A stretch of 64,000 nucleotides of DNA from assembly GCA_964016885.1 (NCBI GenBank), contig OZ024743.1, positions 147,312,001-147,376,000 of the forward strand, written 5' to 3'. This stretch comes from Eledone cirrhosa. Taxonomy: Eukaryota. The notes beneath the pieces are model-generated. The model worked only from the letters and a program-made list of their open reading frames with translations. It made no database searches and was not told the origin of the DNA. Shown piece after piece: positions 37,730 to 51,885 of the stretch. Made by a program: the position numbers and the translations under genes. Position 1 is the first letter of the stretch, and the number at the start of each line of letters is the position of its first letter.

Positions 37730-39120
37730 GCATATCTTCAAGCGGATCATGCCAGTTGATCCGAATAGATGCCAAAACATGACTAGCCATGAGCTATTAC
37801 TGGGTCTCATACCCGTAAAATCTCTCCAGTGAGGCTTTCCAGAGACAGTCTAACCACTTGCTTATAGTATCGGAGCTGTGATCTTTCAATTTGAATGAGT
37901 AACGGCTCTATATGGAGCGACTCTCCTACCTCCAAGCTGCGCACTCTATCAAGTAACATTACTCTAAAAACTCTTTGGTGGAACTCCATTTCGGCCGCTT
38001 GTATTTGCGATCGTATTCTTTCCGTCATTATCATAGGTAAGCGCTGGCACGGATACCAAATTGAAGATAGTGAGTTTGGCTTTTACACTTAACCCCCTAA
38101 TTTTGATTACTGAATGCTGAAGCTCTCGAATTACTGCACCAGCTCTTGTAATTCTTGCACTTAATTCAGCCTCCTGCCTTCCATCACTCGTTAACACGAC
38201 TCCAAAATACTTAAATTTTTCCACCTGCTTCAATGTAACCTTCTTTTAAGTATGTAGAGTGCATTGAGAAGGCTTCATTGGGAGGATGAGTGTCTCAGTC
38301 TTTACAGCACTGATTTTCATTTCTGCCGTGTGGCAAACATATCAAGCGCATATCGGAGATCACTTTCCGACGAGTTAAGTAGTACCATGTCATCTGCAAC
38401 TTTCAGCCGATGGATTCTACACCCACCGCCTCGATGCCACTTTCAACCCGGCTGCGTATGTCAACATATTGATGAAGATCATGAACAGGAGAGGTGACGA
38501 TACGCACCGTTGGAAGAGTCCGACACCCACACTGAATGGTATCGACTTAGCATCATTTTTTCGAACATTCGTATAGAGCCGTCAGGGCTACAAGAAGCTG
38601 TCTATCTATCCGATACTCAAAACTTATCTTCCACAGCACGTCCCATAGAACATGGTCATATACCTGTAAGAGGTTTACTAAACCACCTTGTTCCTCAGTT
38701 AGCTTGGTGTCGACAATAAACTTACATCTCTTTTCCACACACTTTGCCTAGAGTTTACACTAGAGGCTCAACAAGCAGATATCTCTATAATTAAAACAAT
38801 TGCCTTTGTTTCCCACTTTGAAAATTGGGTTTATCAATCATGATTGCTTTTGATTAGTTGCTTTGCCAGAGATCCAGGCCATTCGGCACACACGAGTTAG
38901 CCAGAAAATACCTTCTCTAGTTAAGGTTTTAACATATCAGGCCGAATTTCATCCTCCCTAGAAGACTTGTCACATTTAAGCTCTTTGATTGCTCTGGAGG
39001 CCTTAGCCAGAGATAACTTAGTCATCGCTCCCAGATGCACTTCATATATATCAGAATATTTTGTCGTGACAAGGTTTGGAGATCAAATTATTCACTCCAC
39101 CTTGTGAGGATGCGCTTCTC
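37730..39120 (-). mobile_element. Degenerate RTE-clade (Rex3/Expander-like) LINE fragment
   Basis: QVEKFKYFGVVLTSDGRQEAELSARI..LSVKAKLTIF..PALTY and MTERIRSQIQAAEMEF are typical RTE RT C-terminal sequence. Confidence 0.75.
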
Positions 39121-40462
39121 TAAAACGAGGAGAACACCAAACGCGTTCCTGATAGTAGGCATAGCAGAAGACTTCTTGATGAGGTGGAAACGAAGTGGAG
39201 AGATTTCAGGCCTGCTAGAAATAGTACCCAAATTTCTTTCAATTTATCTCACACAGCCTGTGAAAGGAAAGACCACATTGATTAATTTAGTCTATATGTA
39301 GGGAAAAAATCACAAAAAACAAAACAACAACAAAACCGGTGTTCTTGTGGATGAAACGCTTTTGAACTGAAGTATTCTCGATAGGGGTTAAATTGTGACG
39401 AAACAGCAGCAGCAACAATTAGAAAAAAATAAGAGCTGTGTTAATGTTAAATTCAAACACATAATCACAATTATGGTATGTAATGTATATATAAACATAT
39501 GATACATGTTAAAAAATGGATAAATAACCTGCATGACGTCGATGGAGCTACTTACTTGATCTTATCTAATCAGAGGTGAACATGAGGGATGGGGCAAAAT
39601 GAGTCAGATCACCGCTGAATGCAGACCTATGGTAAAGGATTGTAATGGGTGGAAAATCCTGTGCTTTCTTTTTCACACTAACCACTCACTAACCATTCAT
39701 TTTATATAAGGTTTCATGTAGGAGCTATGACTACAATTTCTACCTAAATGTTTGACAATAACAGGGTTCTTTCATTGATTCGTGTACAGGTATTGGAAAG
39801 GTCTTTGGTTGTTGTCGATATTGTTGTTACTGAGCTAAAGTATTCTAACCATGACCATGCAATCTTTTCAAATATCTCATTTCTTAGAATCTGTCCTTTC
39901 TAATCATTATCCTTTACATCCTTCTTACGGTTAGTCGCTATTTCTTGTAAGTCGAACAACCACTAAGTGACTCATTCCTTGCTTCCTGTTAGAAGAAGGA
40001 GAAGTTGTGACATGGTTGTTTTTCAACCCAACAATTCAATTGCAGCTATTTGCGAACAAGTACAGTATCATGCAAAGGGAAAGAATATGACAGATTTGTA
40101 TATATTTGTCATGAACTATAGTCAGTATACGGACAGCAGTGACAATAAATGAATACATAAAACAAAGAAAAAGCACATAAATAAATTGGTGGGAAACAAG
40201 AGACAAGCAGCATTCATAAACGGTTTTTTTCTACGCGTTTCCCGAAGAACTGCTTGTTAAGATTTTGACAATAAAGATGGGGTATCGTCACTACTAATTG
40301 GAGATCATCGTTTAATGAATTAACACTAGTCCTGCACTCTCTCCCTTCTCCTCTGTCACGTAAATAACTGCCTATATCACACCTGTGGCCATATATACAT
40401 ATATATTAGCTAATTATTTAAAGAAAATGGGAACACATTTTTCTTTGATCATTTATCCGCCC

Positions 40463-40464
<2 letters not shown>

Positions 40465-40493
<29 letters not shown>

Positions 40494-40745
40494 CTTCTTC
40501 TTCTTCTTCTTCTATTTACGTTTGTTTTATTTTTCCCCTTTTAGTTTTTGTTTTCTATATATTTCTCAATGTATTCACACACACACACACCGTTACACAC
40601 ACATACATATATGTGTGTGTATGTAAATGTATATGTATGTATGTATATATATATATATATTTGTGTGTGTGCGTGTTTGTGTGTGTGTGAGTATTTATAT
40701 ATATGTGTGTGCGTGTGTGTGTGTGTGTGTGTATGTGTGTGTGGA
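40465..40745. repeat. (TTC)n plus (CA)/(TA)/(TG) microsatellites
   Basis: Directly visible. Confidence 0.9.
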
Positions 40746-41254
40746 GAAAGGAAGATTTGCATTCTTTGTGTGCAATCAGTATGATTGAATATGTGAGCAC
40801 AGAGAGTCCATGAAAAGTTGGAAGCAACCATTACCATTGATGCATGTGGAGTATGTCCCACATACAGGTGCTAATTCTGGAGCAGTTTAGAAAGTAAAAT
40901 AATGAAATTAAAGAGATGCTATACGAAATTAATCTCAGAATCGGAGTAATAGTAACAAAAGGCCAATCCACTACTCCCTATTATGTAAGTCAATATCATT
41001 TAAGAAAGCCATCCGTACTAATAACATTAGCTGAGTGCTCACAACCTACCTACAGATAAACTCAACTGTGTTGAATTTTATGACATGGGGATGCATCGAA
41101 AGGTGGCGAAATAACAATACTTGTTCGTGTTCCACTTGGAAAGGAAGGTGAGGATAGAGCGGATTACCCACCCCTTTCCCACAAAATGTCAAAAGTAAAG
41201 TTTTTTACTTTTCTCCTCTCACTAGTTTTCTTCCTATCTTAGCCAAATTAACTT

Positions 41255-44200
41255 CTCTCGGGCAGTATAAATGCAATTGGCCAGGGGTCGTTTTGGAAGC
41301 AGGGACACCTGATCAACATAGATGTGGTAGCCATCAAAGAGACCGGAATCTCTGATGCACAGGCATTCGCACCTATTTTGGGCGGCTACGAGGTGTACAC
41401 ATCTCCAAGCCGTCCCTGATCTGGGGAGGAGTGGCTGTGTTGTTCCGGACAAGTCTGGATCTCGAGATACGGGCCTTCTTCTTGAACCTAGAAGAAAAGT
41501 TGGTGGTGTTGAACGTAACCACCAGAGAAGGGAAACCTTTCAGGCTAGTGGCCGTCTATGCCCTGATAGGGGCAAGACCGCCTGTCTTCTTCCGGCGACT
41601 GGAGACCTTTCTTGGAACGTCCCGCTCTTAGTGGGCGACTGGAACGAGATCTTAGATGCAGGCTGACTTTGTGTGGGATTACCGGATAGAGGAGGAGGGT
41701 GTAAAAGCCTCGTAAACCTGATCAGAAGTTTTCAACTGTCTGAGAGGTACCGTCTGGATTTCGCGAATGTGCCAATGTTGACATGGACAAACCGCATCGG
41801 GTCATCCAGATCGTATCTAGATAGGGTATTTTGTAGCGAAATAGATTGGTCTAGCATAGGCTGTCCACAATTCAAGATAGTCGACTACACGGACCACAGA
41901 TTCGTGATATGTGTGGTCGACTTAAATAGGCTTCATAGACAAGCACCCGGCTACTGGAAGCTAAACGCGTCGTTGACAAGGCGCAAAGCCTACAGAGACC
42001 GGATTAGCGAATTAGTTAAGCGGGCATTGACGAGGGCAATCGTCAACAAAAAATGGAGGTTCGCTCTGTAAAGGGCGATTAGAAGAGACTCCATTACTGT
42101 TAGTAAGGCGTTAGCAATAGAGAAAATTAGAGCAGAGGGAGAACTAGCTAGAAAATTAGGCGAGGTCACGACCGACGTGCTTGCAGCGAAATTGGCCCTC
42201 GACCAATTCTTCAATGCAAAGCACGAAGACTGCGTTGTCAGAGCTGGGGCGCGGCTCTCAGACACGTGGGGACGAAAGCCGTTCAATGGGAACGAGTGGC
42301 GGAGGCGCGTCGTGGCAACAAAGTCCCGATCTGGTTTTTAGAGCAAACGTATGCGGCTTTTCAGCGACACTTCGCTCAGCTGTTCGGAGGCAGCGGTGGG
42401 CCGGATCTCTGGACGGACTTTAGTGTTGCGAAAAGCCGATAACAGCCGCTGAATAGCAATGGCTGACTGCACAATGGGTAAATCGCTTGGTTTGGATGGT
42501 TTACCCTACGAGTTTTACGTACACATGCCAGACTTGTTCGGCGGCCTCTTGGCACCAGAACGGGGGAATTTCCAGCTTTGTGAGCCGAGCGGTTGAGAAA
42601 GGACTCGAACAAGGGGAACAAGATAGATAATTTCAGGCCCATAACTCTGTTAAACGCAGAGTTTAGGATTTAAGCCCAGGTGCTAGCAAAGAGGTTGGCG
42701 CTTGTCGTCATTGGTCTGGTTGGAGAGGCGGAGAGATGCTCCATTCCAGACAGATCCATCCACGAGAACCTCCACCTCACGCGATACATCGTGGAAAGGG
42801 GTGCTAATCAACTTGGCAGGGGAGGGGCCTTGATCAATTTAGATCAGTCGAAATCTTTCAATAGGGTCGACCATCGTTATCTGGCGGCAGTCCTGAGGAC
42901 GGCCGGCTTTGGGTCCGTCTCCAGAGGCTGGATCGCTGCCATGCACAGCGACATCTGCTCTGTGGTGAGAGTGAACGGTCACCTTTCGGAACTGTTCAAC
43001 ATCATACGCTCGGTCCGCCAAGGATGTCTCCTCTCGTCCCTATTGTACATATTCACTGTCGAGCTATTACTGCACAAACTGGAGATGTTGAGGAGCGTCC
43101 CGCGCGAACTGGGATGCGGGAGAACCATGTCAGCATATGCCAATGATGTCACCGCTGTGGTGTCGAATGCCAAACACATCGAGGCGATCGACACTACACT
43201 AATAGAATACGAGGAGGTGACAGGAGCGAAGATTAACCAGGAAAAAGTCGGAGGGCCTGTGGCTAGGCACCTGGAGAAGCAGGTCCATACCGTCCAGCAG
43301 CGTCGTTGGGCGCTGAGAGGACGAACCGGTTAAATTTCTCGGTCCGGACCTCCAGATGGACAAAAGCTGGGACGAGGTGACGAGCAGGATGGCCTCACTC
43401 ATCCAGAAGCGAGCCGAGAGGAAGCTATCCCTGAAAGGTCGAGCGAAGGTGGCGAACATGTACATCCCATCCGTCATCTACTACCACCTGGCCGTCGTAC
43501 CTTGTCCTAAGCCTCGCCTGACTGCGCTGGAACGTTTGCTATTTCGCTTTTTGTGGAAGGGACCCGCTCCGATGGTCAGGCGGTCCATTTGCTGTCACAC
43601 CCGCTACGTGGAGGGCTGGGCATGCCGTGGCTGATGATGCGCAGGCATGCGCTCAGGCTACGACATCTCCACCTCTTCCTCGACGGTGATCAGGTGTGGT
43701 CGCCGTTTGCTAGAAGTGTGTTTCCCCAGCTTGTCTCCTTGATGGAGCTACAGTCCTGGGACAAGCCAAATCCGAGAGGAAACGCTTAGAGACTAGGATT
43801 GTCTTCAGGCGCTTACAACCCTCGACCAGACGGTCAATGCGATCGGTGGAAACTCCACCTTGGCGTTCTATAGAGGGTTAGTGGAGGGAAAGAGCGACCA
43901 CGTCCTTGGGGAGACTCTGGGCGTCGACGAAAATCAACTAGCCATTCTTTTCGGGAGAACTTTCGGGCCGGGGCCCATGGATACCTTTCAGAAATCCCTG
44001 CGCTGGCAGTGCTAGCGAGGAGCTTTGTCAGTTCGGGATAAACTCTACAAGCATGGAAGTGCCGTCAGCCGGGCCTGTTCGAGATGAACGCAAGGCGAAG
44101 AAACCTTCCTGCACGCACTCGTCCAGTGTCCGAGCATTGGTGACTTGTGGGTTTATGTCGAACACCTGCTGTCATGTGTAGGACGGATCCGGCTACCAGC

Positions 44201-44737
44201 TGAGTCCATCATGAGGATTGCTCCGCCGTCTCCCTTTTGCCGAGAAGCGCAGGCAGTTTTGATCTGCCTAGTGGCCATGGTAAAAGAGATCGTATGGTGG
44301 ACACGTCTGAAAGGGTTGAAGACGGGTACATTCTTCTTCGGTGACGCCCTCATTAACTTTTTCAGGTTTCACCTGAAAAAGGAGAATCAGGGTGGAGAGG
44401 GAAGTGATCCCTTCCAGCCAGTTTGTTGAAGGGTGGGTGAGAGAGGCAAGATGGCCCGTGTGAATGGGCCTACTCTGAGCGTGTGCCTGTAGCATCGTAA
44501 AAGGAAAACTGGAAGAGGGCACATTCCCTAGTGGTCAAGGTAACCATGGCTTTTTCGTGGGCTTTCTCCACGAGCGACCCTCTGAAGTCTCCCCGCTGTT
44601 GGGGAATTTTTCATTGTTTCCTTTTTTTTTTCTTTTTTTTTTTACACGCAGAAATGCCCATTTGTACCGTCCTGTATTGTCCTGTATTGTCCTTAATGTC
44701 ATACTTTGTGTCAACCCTTGTGGCTAATACAGAAAGT
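41255..44737 (+). mobile_element. Tx1-clade copy G (ORF2 + 3'UTR; same subfamily as E)
   Basis: APE and RT fragments (PGYWKLN, LINLDQSKSFNRVD, SAYAND). The 3'UTR matches copy E and ends in (ATT)n. Confidence 0.88.
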
Positions 44738-44760
44738 ATTATTATATTTATTATTATTAT

Positions 44761-44883
44761 TCAAATCCCGCCGAAGTTAACTTTGCCTTTCATCCTTACG
44801 GGGTCGCTAAAATAAAGAACCAGTAATGCACTGGGTAATTGCTGGCCTTGTGCCAAACGTAGAAACAATTATTATTATTATTA
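44761..44883 (+). mobile_element. 5'-truncated SINE in the (ATT)n tail of copy G
   Basis: Runs from the B-box remnant to the tail. (ATT)n lies on both sides. Confidence 0.85.
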
Positions 44884-44904
44884 GTAGTACTAGTAGTAGT
44901 AGTA

Positions 44905-46200
44905 GGATGTAAGCTTGGCTTCGGTGGAGCACTGATCAATTTAGATCAATCGAAATCATTCGATAGGGTCGACCATCGGTATCTGGAGGCTGTCCTCAAA
45001 GCAGCTGGCTTCGGACCTGTCTTCAGAAACTGGATCGCTGCAAGGCACAGCTCGGTGGTCAAGCTTAATGGCCACTTCTCAGAACCATTTCTGCTGCCAG
45101 CGGAGGGGTGGGCATGCCGTGGCTAATGTTGCGCAGACATGTGCTGAGGTTGCGACATCTCCAGATATTCTGCATAAACAGTGAACAGGTGTGGTCGCCG
45201 TTTATCAGACAGGTCTTTCCTCAGCTCGTTTCTTTGACAGAGCTGTAGTCCTGGGTCAAGAAGAGACCGAGATTGGATGACTGGCACTAGGAATGTTGCC
45301 CGGCACTCACTGCTCTCTACCAAGCGAGCAATGCGATCCATGGAACTTCCACTCTCGAGTTATATAGAGGATTAGTGGTGGGCAAGTGCGATGACTCACT
45401 CGCTGAATCTTTGGGCCTCGACGAAGTCGAACTGACCAGTCTGTTCCGGAGGACTATCGAGTTGGGGACGATGGACTATTTCCAGAAATCCCTCGCTTGG
45501 CAGTGCTACCGGGGGGGGGGGGGGGCACTGCCGGTTCGGGATAAACTCTACAGGCACGGAAGTGCTGTCAGACAGACCTGCCCGAGCAGCGCACAAGGCG
45601 ACGAACATTTTCTGCACGCACTTATCCAATGTCCGTGCATTACTGAATTGTGGAATTATCTCGAACAGCTACTGTCACATGTAGAACAGATCCAGCTATC
45701 GGCCGAATCCATAGTGAAGATCAACCCGCCGCCTTCCTTTGGCCAGGGAGAGCAGGCAATTTTACTGTCTGGTGGCAGATTGAAAGGACTGAAGACGGAC
45801 ACTTTTCTCTTCGGCCAATCCGTCATCAACTTCTTCAAGTTTCACCTGGAAAGGAAGGTGAGAGTGGAGAGAGAAGTGCTGCCCCACATTACATTTGCTA
45901 AAAGGTGGATGAATGTGGCGAGAATGGTCCGTGTGAATGGGCTTACTCTGACCATGCGCCTATAGTCTAGCTAATTTGAGGAGAGGGGTGCTCTCTCTGG
46001 GTGCCCTAGAAGCGCAGGGTGGTTTAGGATTGGTGGGGTACCTGAATCACCCCTGACCCGTCCACCCCTATAGGGGTTTTAGTTTGTTATATTTAAGCAT
46101 AGTTTATTTCATATTTTTATATCTTCATTGTTAAATTAATCTTGCCATTTTGCTACTACCCTGATCTGACGTCTTTTCGCTCTCTCCCTTAAGTCTCTTT
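44905..46200 (+). mobile_element. Tx1-clade copy H (5'-truncated, deleted; same subfamily as C)
   Basis: LINLDQSKSFDRVD region and ORF 45375-45965. The 3'UTR at 45965-46080 matches 6480-6580. Confidence 0.82.
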
Positions 46201-46249
46201 ATTTACCTGTCATAGATCATTTATTGTAAATTATTTTTGTCGTGTAAGA

Positions 46250-49200
46250 GATATAAGCCCTTGGACTTTGCCCTGTAAAGGGGAAAGTATAATATTTGGG
46301 CCTTTTGGCTCAAATATTTTAACTTTTTATATTTTAAAATTATAAAGAAAAAACAAAAAAAAACTGATTGAGCCACGATCCCCAGCGATATGTCTGCTGT
46401 CGTGTGATAAAGGCGTACAACATGAGAGGAGGGTTACGGCGAACACAGAAATTGATACAACAAACACTACCACAAACAACGTGAACAAAGACAGCAATGA
46501 CAACAACACTGAGAACACTAATTAAACAAAATAACCACACCAACCACAACAGTAACAGCGACAACCAAAATACAGACAACAGAAAAAAATGACAGCAACG
46601 GCAACAACGATATTAACACCACTAACAAGAAACAAATAGCGACAACACCAACAGAAACAATACAAATTGCACCGAGAACAACAACAACGGCGGCACCAAA
46701 GACACAACCAACTGCAAAAATGATAACAGCAACAACACCAACAACACCGTGTGTAACAGTAACAAGAGCAACAGCACCAACATCAAGACCAGTAGCAGCA
46801 GTAGCGGCGGCAACAATGATGCCACTGAAAGAGGGACCATCTCTTTTGCAAAGGTGGCTCGCAACGTAGAAACAGTCCTGGTCACAGAGGAGGAGTGGCG
46901 GTCGCAAGACACATGGTAACCAGAACTAAATTTTCAGTGTCCTTGAAAGCACCAACCGACTTCCTAGAGGGACAAGAGCGACGCACAGTGTCATACAGCA
47001 CAATTGCCACGAAATCACGTTGTGTGGAGAGAGCCATGGAGGCCCGGATCCAGAAGGTCTTGGGAACTCTGTGGGCACTGAAAACCCACATCCCCCGTGG
47101 CAAGAAGTATGCTACCGTGGACGTCCTTTTTGCTACCACCCAGGAAGCAAAATCGCACTCACTGAAGACCCTATGGAGTGATTACATAACGTTAGTCCCA
47201 GCCTTAGCTGGTCGTGTCTGTTCTTGCAGACATCGAGGATAGAACAACCATTCTGCAGGTACAGCAGTTGGGGAGAGAGGACTGGTCCGGTATTGGGATA
47301 GAGATGTTCATCCAAACCGACCAGGACTGCATCAGCGCTATTCCCGACGTAATTGACCCCGGAAATGACTCCCAACTTCCCAAAGGGCTTCAACTGTAGA
47401 TGGAAGCCTCACCTCAAGGCCTTCTACCCACAGAAAATAACAAAGGCAAAGGTCCCCTCTCCTTCCAACGCTGGAACCGCTGCCATCAGAAACTGAGCAG
47501 TCAGCGAAAAAGTCTGGAGCTTCTACAGAGAGTAGGAGGAAAACGTCCGTGGCACCCACACCAAAGCTACGGACAACAAAAACAGAACAGCGGCGGCAAC
47601 TGCAGCAACAGAAACAGTTGTACTAGCTGCAACTGTGCCAAGAACGGCAGCCCAGGCTCCACCACCACCACCACCACCTCCACCAACAATAACAACGAAG
47701 ACAGATGAGAGGGTAGAACTCATACCCCTCATACCCCTCACAGTCGGACATGGAGTATGAGACGGCAGAGGAGTGGAAAACGGTTGTCAAAAAAACAACA
47801 AAAAAAACAAACGAAAAGAAAAGCAGGCAAAAACACCACAACTCCAAAAGCGAAGGCAAAGAAAGAGGGGTAAAGGCTGCAAGGAGACTTGCAGCAACAC
47901 CACCACAAGCATCACCACCAACAACAACCACACCACCACCAGCATAACCAAAAACACCAACATCGTAAACACAACAAAGCACACACCCAACAGCAACAAG
48001 AAAACTGCACCTCCTCCCCAAAAGTACACAGCCATAAACATCGCACACAAAGATTAATGGAACATATAAAACAACACACAGACATTACAGACTTAAATCA
48101 CCACACCCCACCAACACGGAGAACATTACCAAAGAATATTAACTTTGTCGAAAAACATTTAAAACAAACATTTCAGGGGGCCACTCTACAAAATAATCTA
48201 TATAGATATCATCTAGGAGACACCCATTACCAGCCGAAGGGACGGTTCTACTGTCTCTTTCCCACACGATCAAGGGACGTGATCCTTTCTCACTTACCCC
48301 GTTTCCTCATCCAGCATGGTCGTACTTAGAATAGGCAGTATAAATGTACGTGGCCTAGGTTAGGGTTAGGGCGGAGGAGTTGCTTAGCTTTTTCGGAGAG
48401 GTTTGGATCTCGCCATACGGGCCATCTTCCTGGAGCCAGAAGATAAGTCGGTGGTGCTGGACCTGACCGGCAGCGAAGGCAATGCTTTCAGGCTAGTAGC
48501 CGTCTAGGCGCAAAGAGGGGCAGGACGGCCAGATTTCTTCAGACGTCTAAAGACCTTTCTTTGAACGTCCCGCTCTTTAGTGTCAGTGGGCGACTGGAAC
48601 AGTATCTTAGATGCACTTTGGGATTATGTGTGGTAAGTAGACCGGGGAGGAGGGTGTAAAAGCCTCAACAACCTGCTCAGACGTTTTGAACTGTCTGACA
48701 GGTATAGAATAGATTATCCGAATGTACCAATGTGGACATGGGAAAACCGCATCGGGTCATCCAGATCGTATTTAGATAGGGTATTCAGTAGGGAAACAGA
48801 TGAGGCTAGTGTAGGTTGTCCACAATGTAAAGTAGTCCACTACATGGACTACACGTGTGTGATCTGTGAAGTTGAATTAGGTAGACTCCATAGGCAAGGG
48901 CCCGGTTACTGGAGGCTGAACGCGTCGTTCCTGGCGCGCAAACCTTACAAAGACCGGATTAGTGGATTAGTTAAGGGTGCGTTGACGGGTGCGATCGTCA
49001 ACAACAGGTGGTGGTTTACCCTGAAAAGGGTTATTAGAGTAGAATCGATAAAATTTAGCAAAGGATTAGTGATAGAGGAAAATAGAGTAGAGGGAGAACT
49101 AGTTAGAAAGCTAGAAGAGACGTTTAGCACAGGCATCGCAACAAACGTGCTTGCGCCCAGATTGGCACTCAACCAATTCTTCAACGCAAAACATAAAGGC

Positions 49201-51885
49201 TGAGTTGTCAGAGCTAGAGCGCGTGCTCTCAGACACGAAGAGACGAAAGCTATTCAATGAGCCTGGGTGGTAGAGGCGCGACGTTGCTAGAAAATCCACA
49301 ATTCGGTCCTTGCCTGATCAAAACGGGCGCATGTTGCTCGAACCCGAGCAGATGTGTGCGGCTTGTAAAAAAACAGTACTTTACTCAATTGTTCGGGAGC
49401 GGTGGCGGGCCAGATCGGAGTGTGGACTTCAGTGCATACCTCGACGGACTGCCGCGGTTCTCGACGACCGCAGCGCAGTATTGCAAAAAGCCGATAACAG
49501 CAGATGAAATACGGGAAGCGATGTCTGACTACACGATTTGGCGTAAATCGCCAGGTTTGGATGGTCTGCCCTACCAACTTCATGCGTACATGCCAGACTT
49601 ATTCGGCGACCTCTTGGCAGATGTCTACTGCAACTGGCAGAAGAACGGTAGCATTCCCAGTTTTGTGAGCCGGGGAGCGGTGGCGCTGCTGAGAAAAGAC
49701 CCGAACAAGGAGGACGTTATAGACAATTTCAGGCACATAACTCAGCTAAACGCAAAGTTTAAGATTTTGGCCAAGGTATTAGCAAAGAGAATGGCGCTTG
49801 TCGTCGGTGACCTGGTGGGAGAGGCGCAGGGACGCGCCATTCCGGACTGATCCATCTACGACAACCTCCTTCTCATGCGATACATCATAGAGAGGGTGGT
49901 TCAGGAACCTGGTACGGGTGGGGTTCTGATCAACTTTGAACAATCTAAAGCATTTGATAGGGTTGGCCATCGGTACCATTGTTGCGGCCCTCTAGTCCGC
50001 TGGCTTCGGGCCCGTTTTTAGGGGCTGGATCGCTGCGATGCACATCTACATCTGCTCGATTGTGAGGGTGAATGGTCACCTGTCGCAGCCGTTCAGCATC
50101 ATCCGCTCAGTCCGCCAGGGTTGTCCCCTTTCATCCCTCGTGTACGTACTGGCCCACGAGCCGTTACTGCACAAATTGGAGACGATGAATGGGGTCCCAC
50201 GTGAACTGGGATGCGGGAGATCCGTGTCAGCTTACGCCGACGACGTCACCGTGGTGGTGTCGAGCACCCAACATGCCTAGATGCTCGGCACCGCTCTCAA
50301 AGAATACAAAGCAGTGACAGGAGCAAAGATAAACCAGGAATAGTCGGTGGGCTTGCAAATCGGCACCTGGAGAGGCAAGTACATACCGTTCGACAGCGTT
50401 GTGGGGCGCTGGACAGAAGGACCGGTTAAATTGCTCGGGGTCTGGTTCGGTCCGGACCTCCAGATGGAGAAAACCTGGAGAGAGGTAGCGAGTAGGGTGG
50501 TGTCTCTCACCCAGAAATGGACCGAGAGGAGGCTGTCTCTGTAAGGTCGGGAGGAGGTGGCTAATGCGTACATCGCGTCCGTCATCTGCTACCGCCTGAT
50601 TGTCGTACCTTTCCCCCGCCCAACTCTGACGAAAATGGAGCGCTTTCTCTTCCGCTTTTTGTGGAAGGGACGTGCTCCCATGGTCAGACGATCCATTTGC
50701 TGTCAGCGCCCGTTGCATGGAGGACTAGGCATGTCGTGGCTGATGATTCGAAAACATGCGCTGAGGCTGCTACATCTCTGGTGCTTCCTTGACGGTGAAC
50801 CGGTGTGGTCGCCGTTTGCCAGACACGCTTTTCCCCAGCTCGTCTCCTTGACGGAGCTGCAGTCCTGGATCAGGTAAAGACCGAGGGATAGCGCTTGGAA
50901 GATGGAATGTCTCCAAGCGCTCACCGTCCTCTACCAGCTGGGCACTGATATCGGTGCAACATCCACCTCGGCGTTCTATAGAGGGCTAGTGGAGGGGAAG
51001 GGCGACGTTGTTCTCTGGGAGACCCTGGACGTCAAAGACGATCATTGTTCGCTCCCTTCAAGGGAACTTTCAGCCTGGGCCTTTGGAAAACTTCCAGAAA
51101 TCCCTGTCCTGGCAGTGTTACCGGGGAGCATTGCCGGTTCTGGATAAGGTCTACAGGCACGGAAGTGCTGTCAGTCGAGCCTGTCCGAGATGCGCGCACG
51201 GCGACGAAACCTTCCTACACGCACATGTTTAGTGCCCGAAGATTGCTGACTTGTGGAGCTATGTCGAACAGTTGCTGTCGCGTGTAGGACGGATCCGGTT
51301 ATCGACTCAGTCCATTGTGCAGAAGGCCCCGCTATCCTCCTTTAAAGAGGAGGAAGGGCAGGCAGTTTTCATCTGCCTGTTGGTCATGGCGAAAGAAATT
51401 GTCTGGTTAACAAGGTTGAAAGGTTTGAAGACGGACACTTTCCTCTCCGTCCAATCCCTGATTAACTCTTTCAAGGTTCACTTGAAGAGGAAAATCAGGG
51501 TGGAGCGGCAAGTGCTGTCTTCTAGTAAGTTTGTTGAAAGGTGGGTGAAAGTGCCGAGTCTGGTCCGACTGAACGGGCCCGCTCTGAGTATGCGCCTGTA
51601 GACTGAGGAGTGGAAAAACTGAGAGAGGGGGCTTGCTCTGGTGGTCAGTGTGGCCGTGGTCGTTTGTGTGGTTTTCGTCACGAGTGACCCTCGGAGGCTT
51701 AGCCCTTTTTGGGGAATTTTTGTTTGAATTTTTTAATTTGTTTTTACATATTTCTATCTTGTTATAACCTTTTTACACGGCCAAAAACCCACTTTATATC
51801 GTCCTGTACCGTTCTGTGCCGTTCTGTTCCGCCTGTAATGTTTTTCTTCATGTTAGCCGTTGTGGCCAATAAAGAAACCATTATT
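46250..51885 (+). mobile_element. Tx1-clade copy I (near full length, decayed)
   Basis: ORF1 spans ~46370-48290. ORF2 ATG at ~48316, with APE, RT (RQGCPLS, SAYADD) and zinc finger to 51601. The 3' end reads GTGGCCAATAAAGAAACCATTATT. Confidence 0.9.

Noticed and set aside
39150-39660. Possible minus-strand host exons (acceptor-like site near 39258, donor-like site near 39555)
   Set aside because: The frames I checked contain stops and there is no recognisable protein. It cannot be supported without RNA data.
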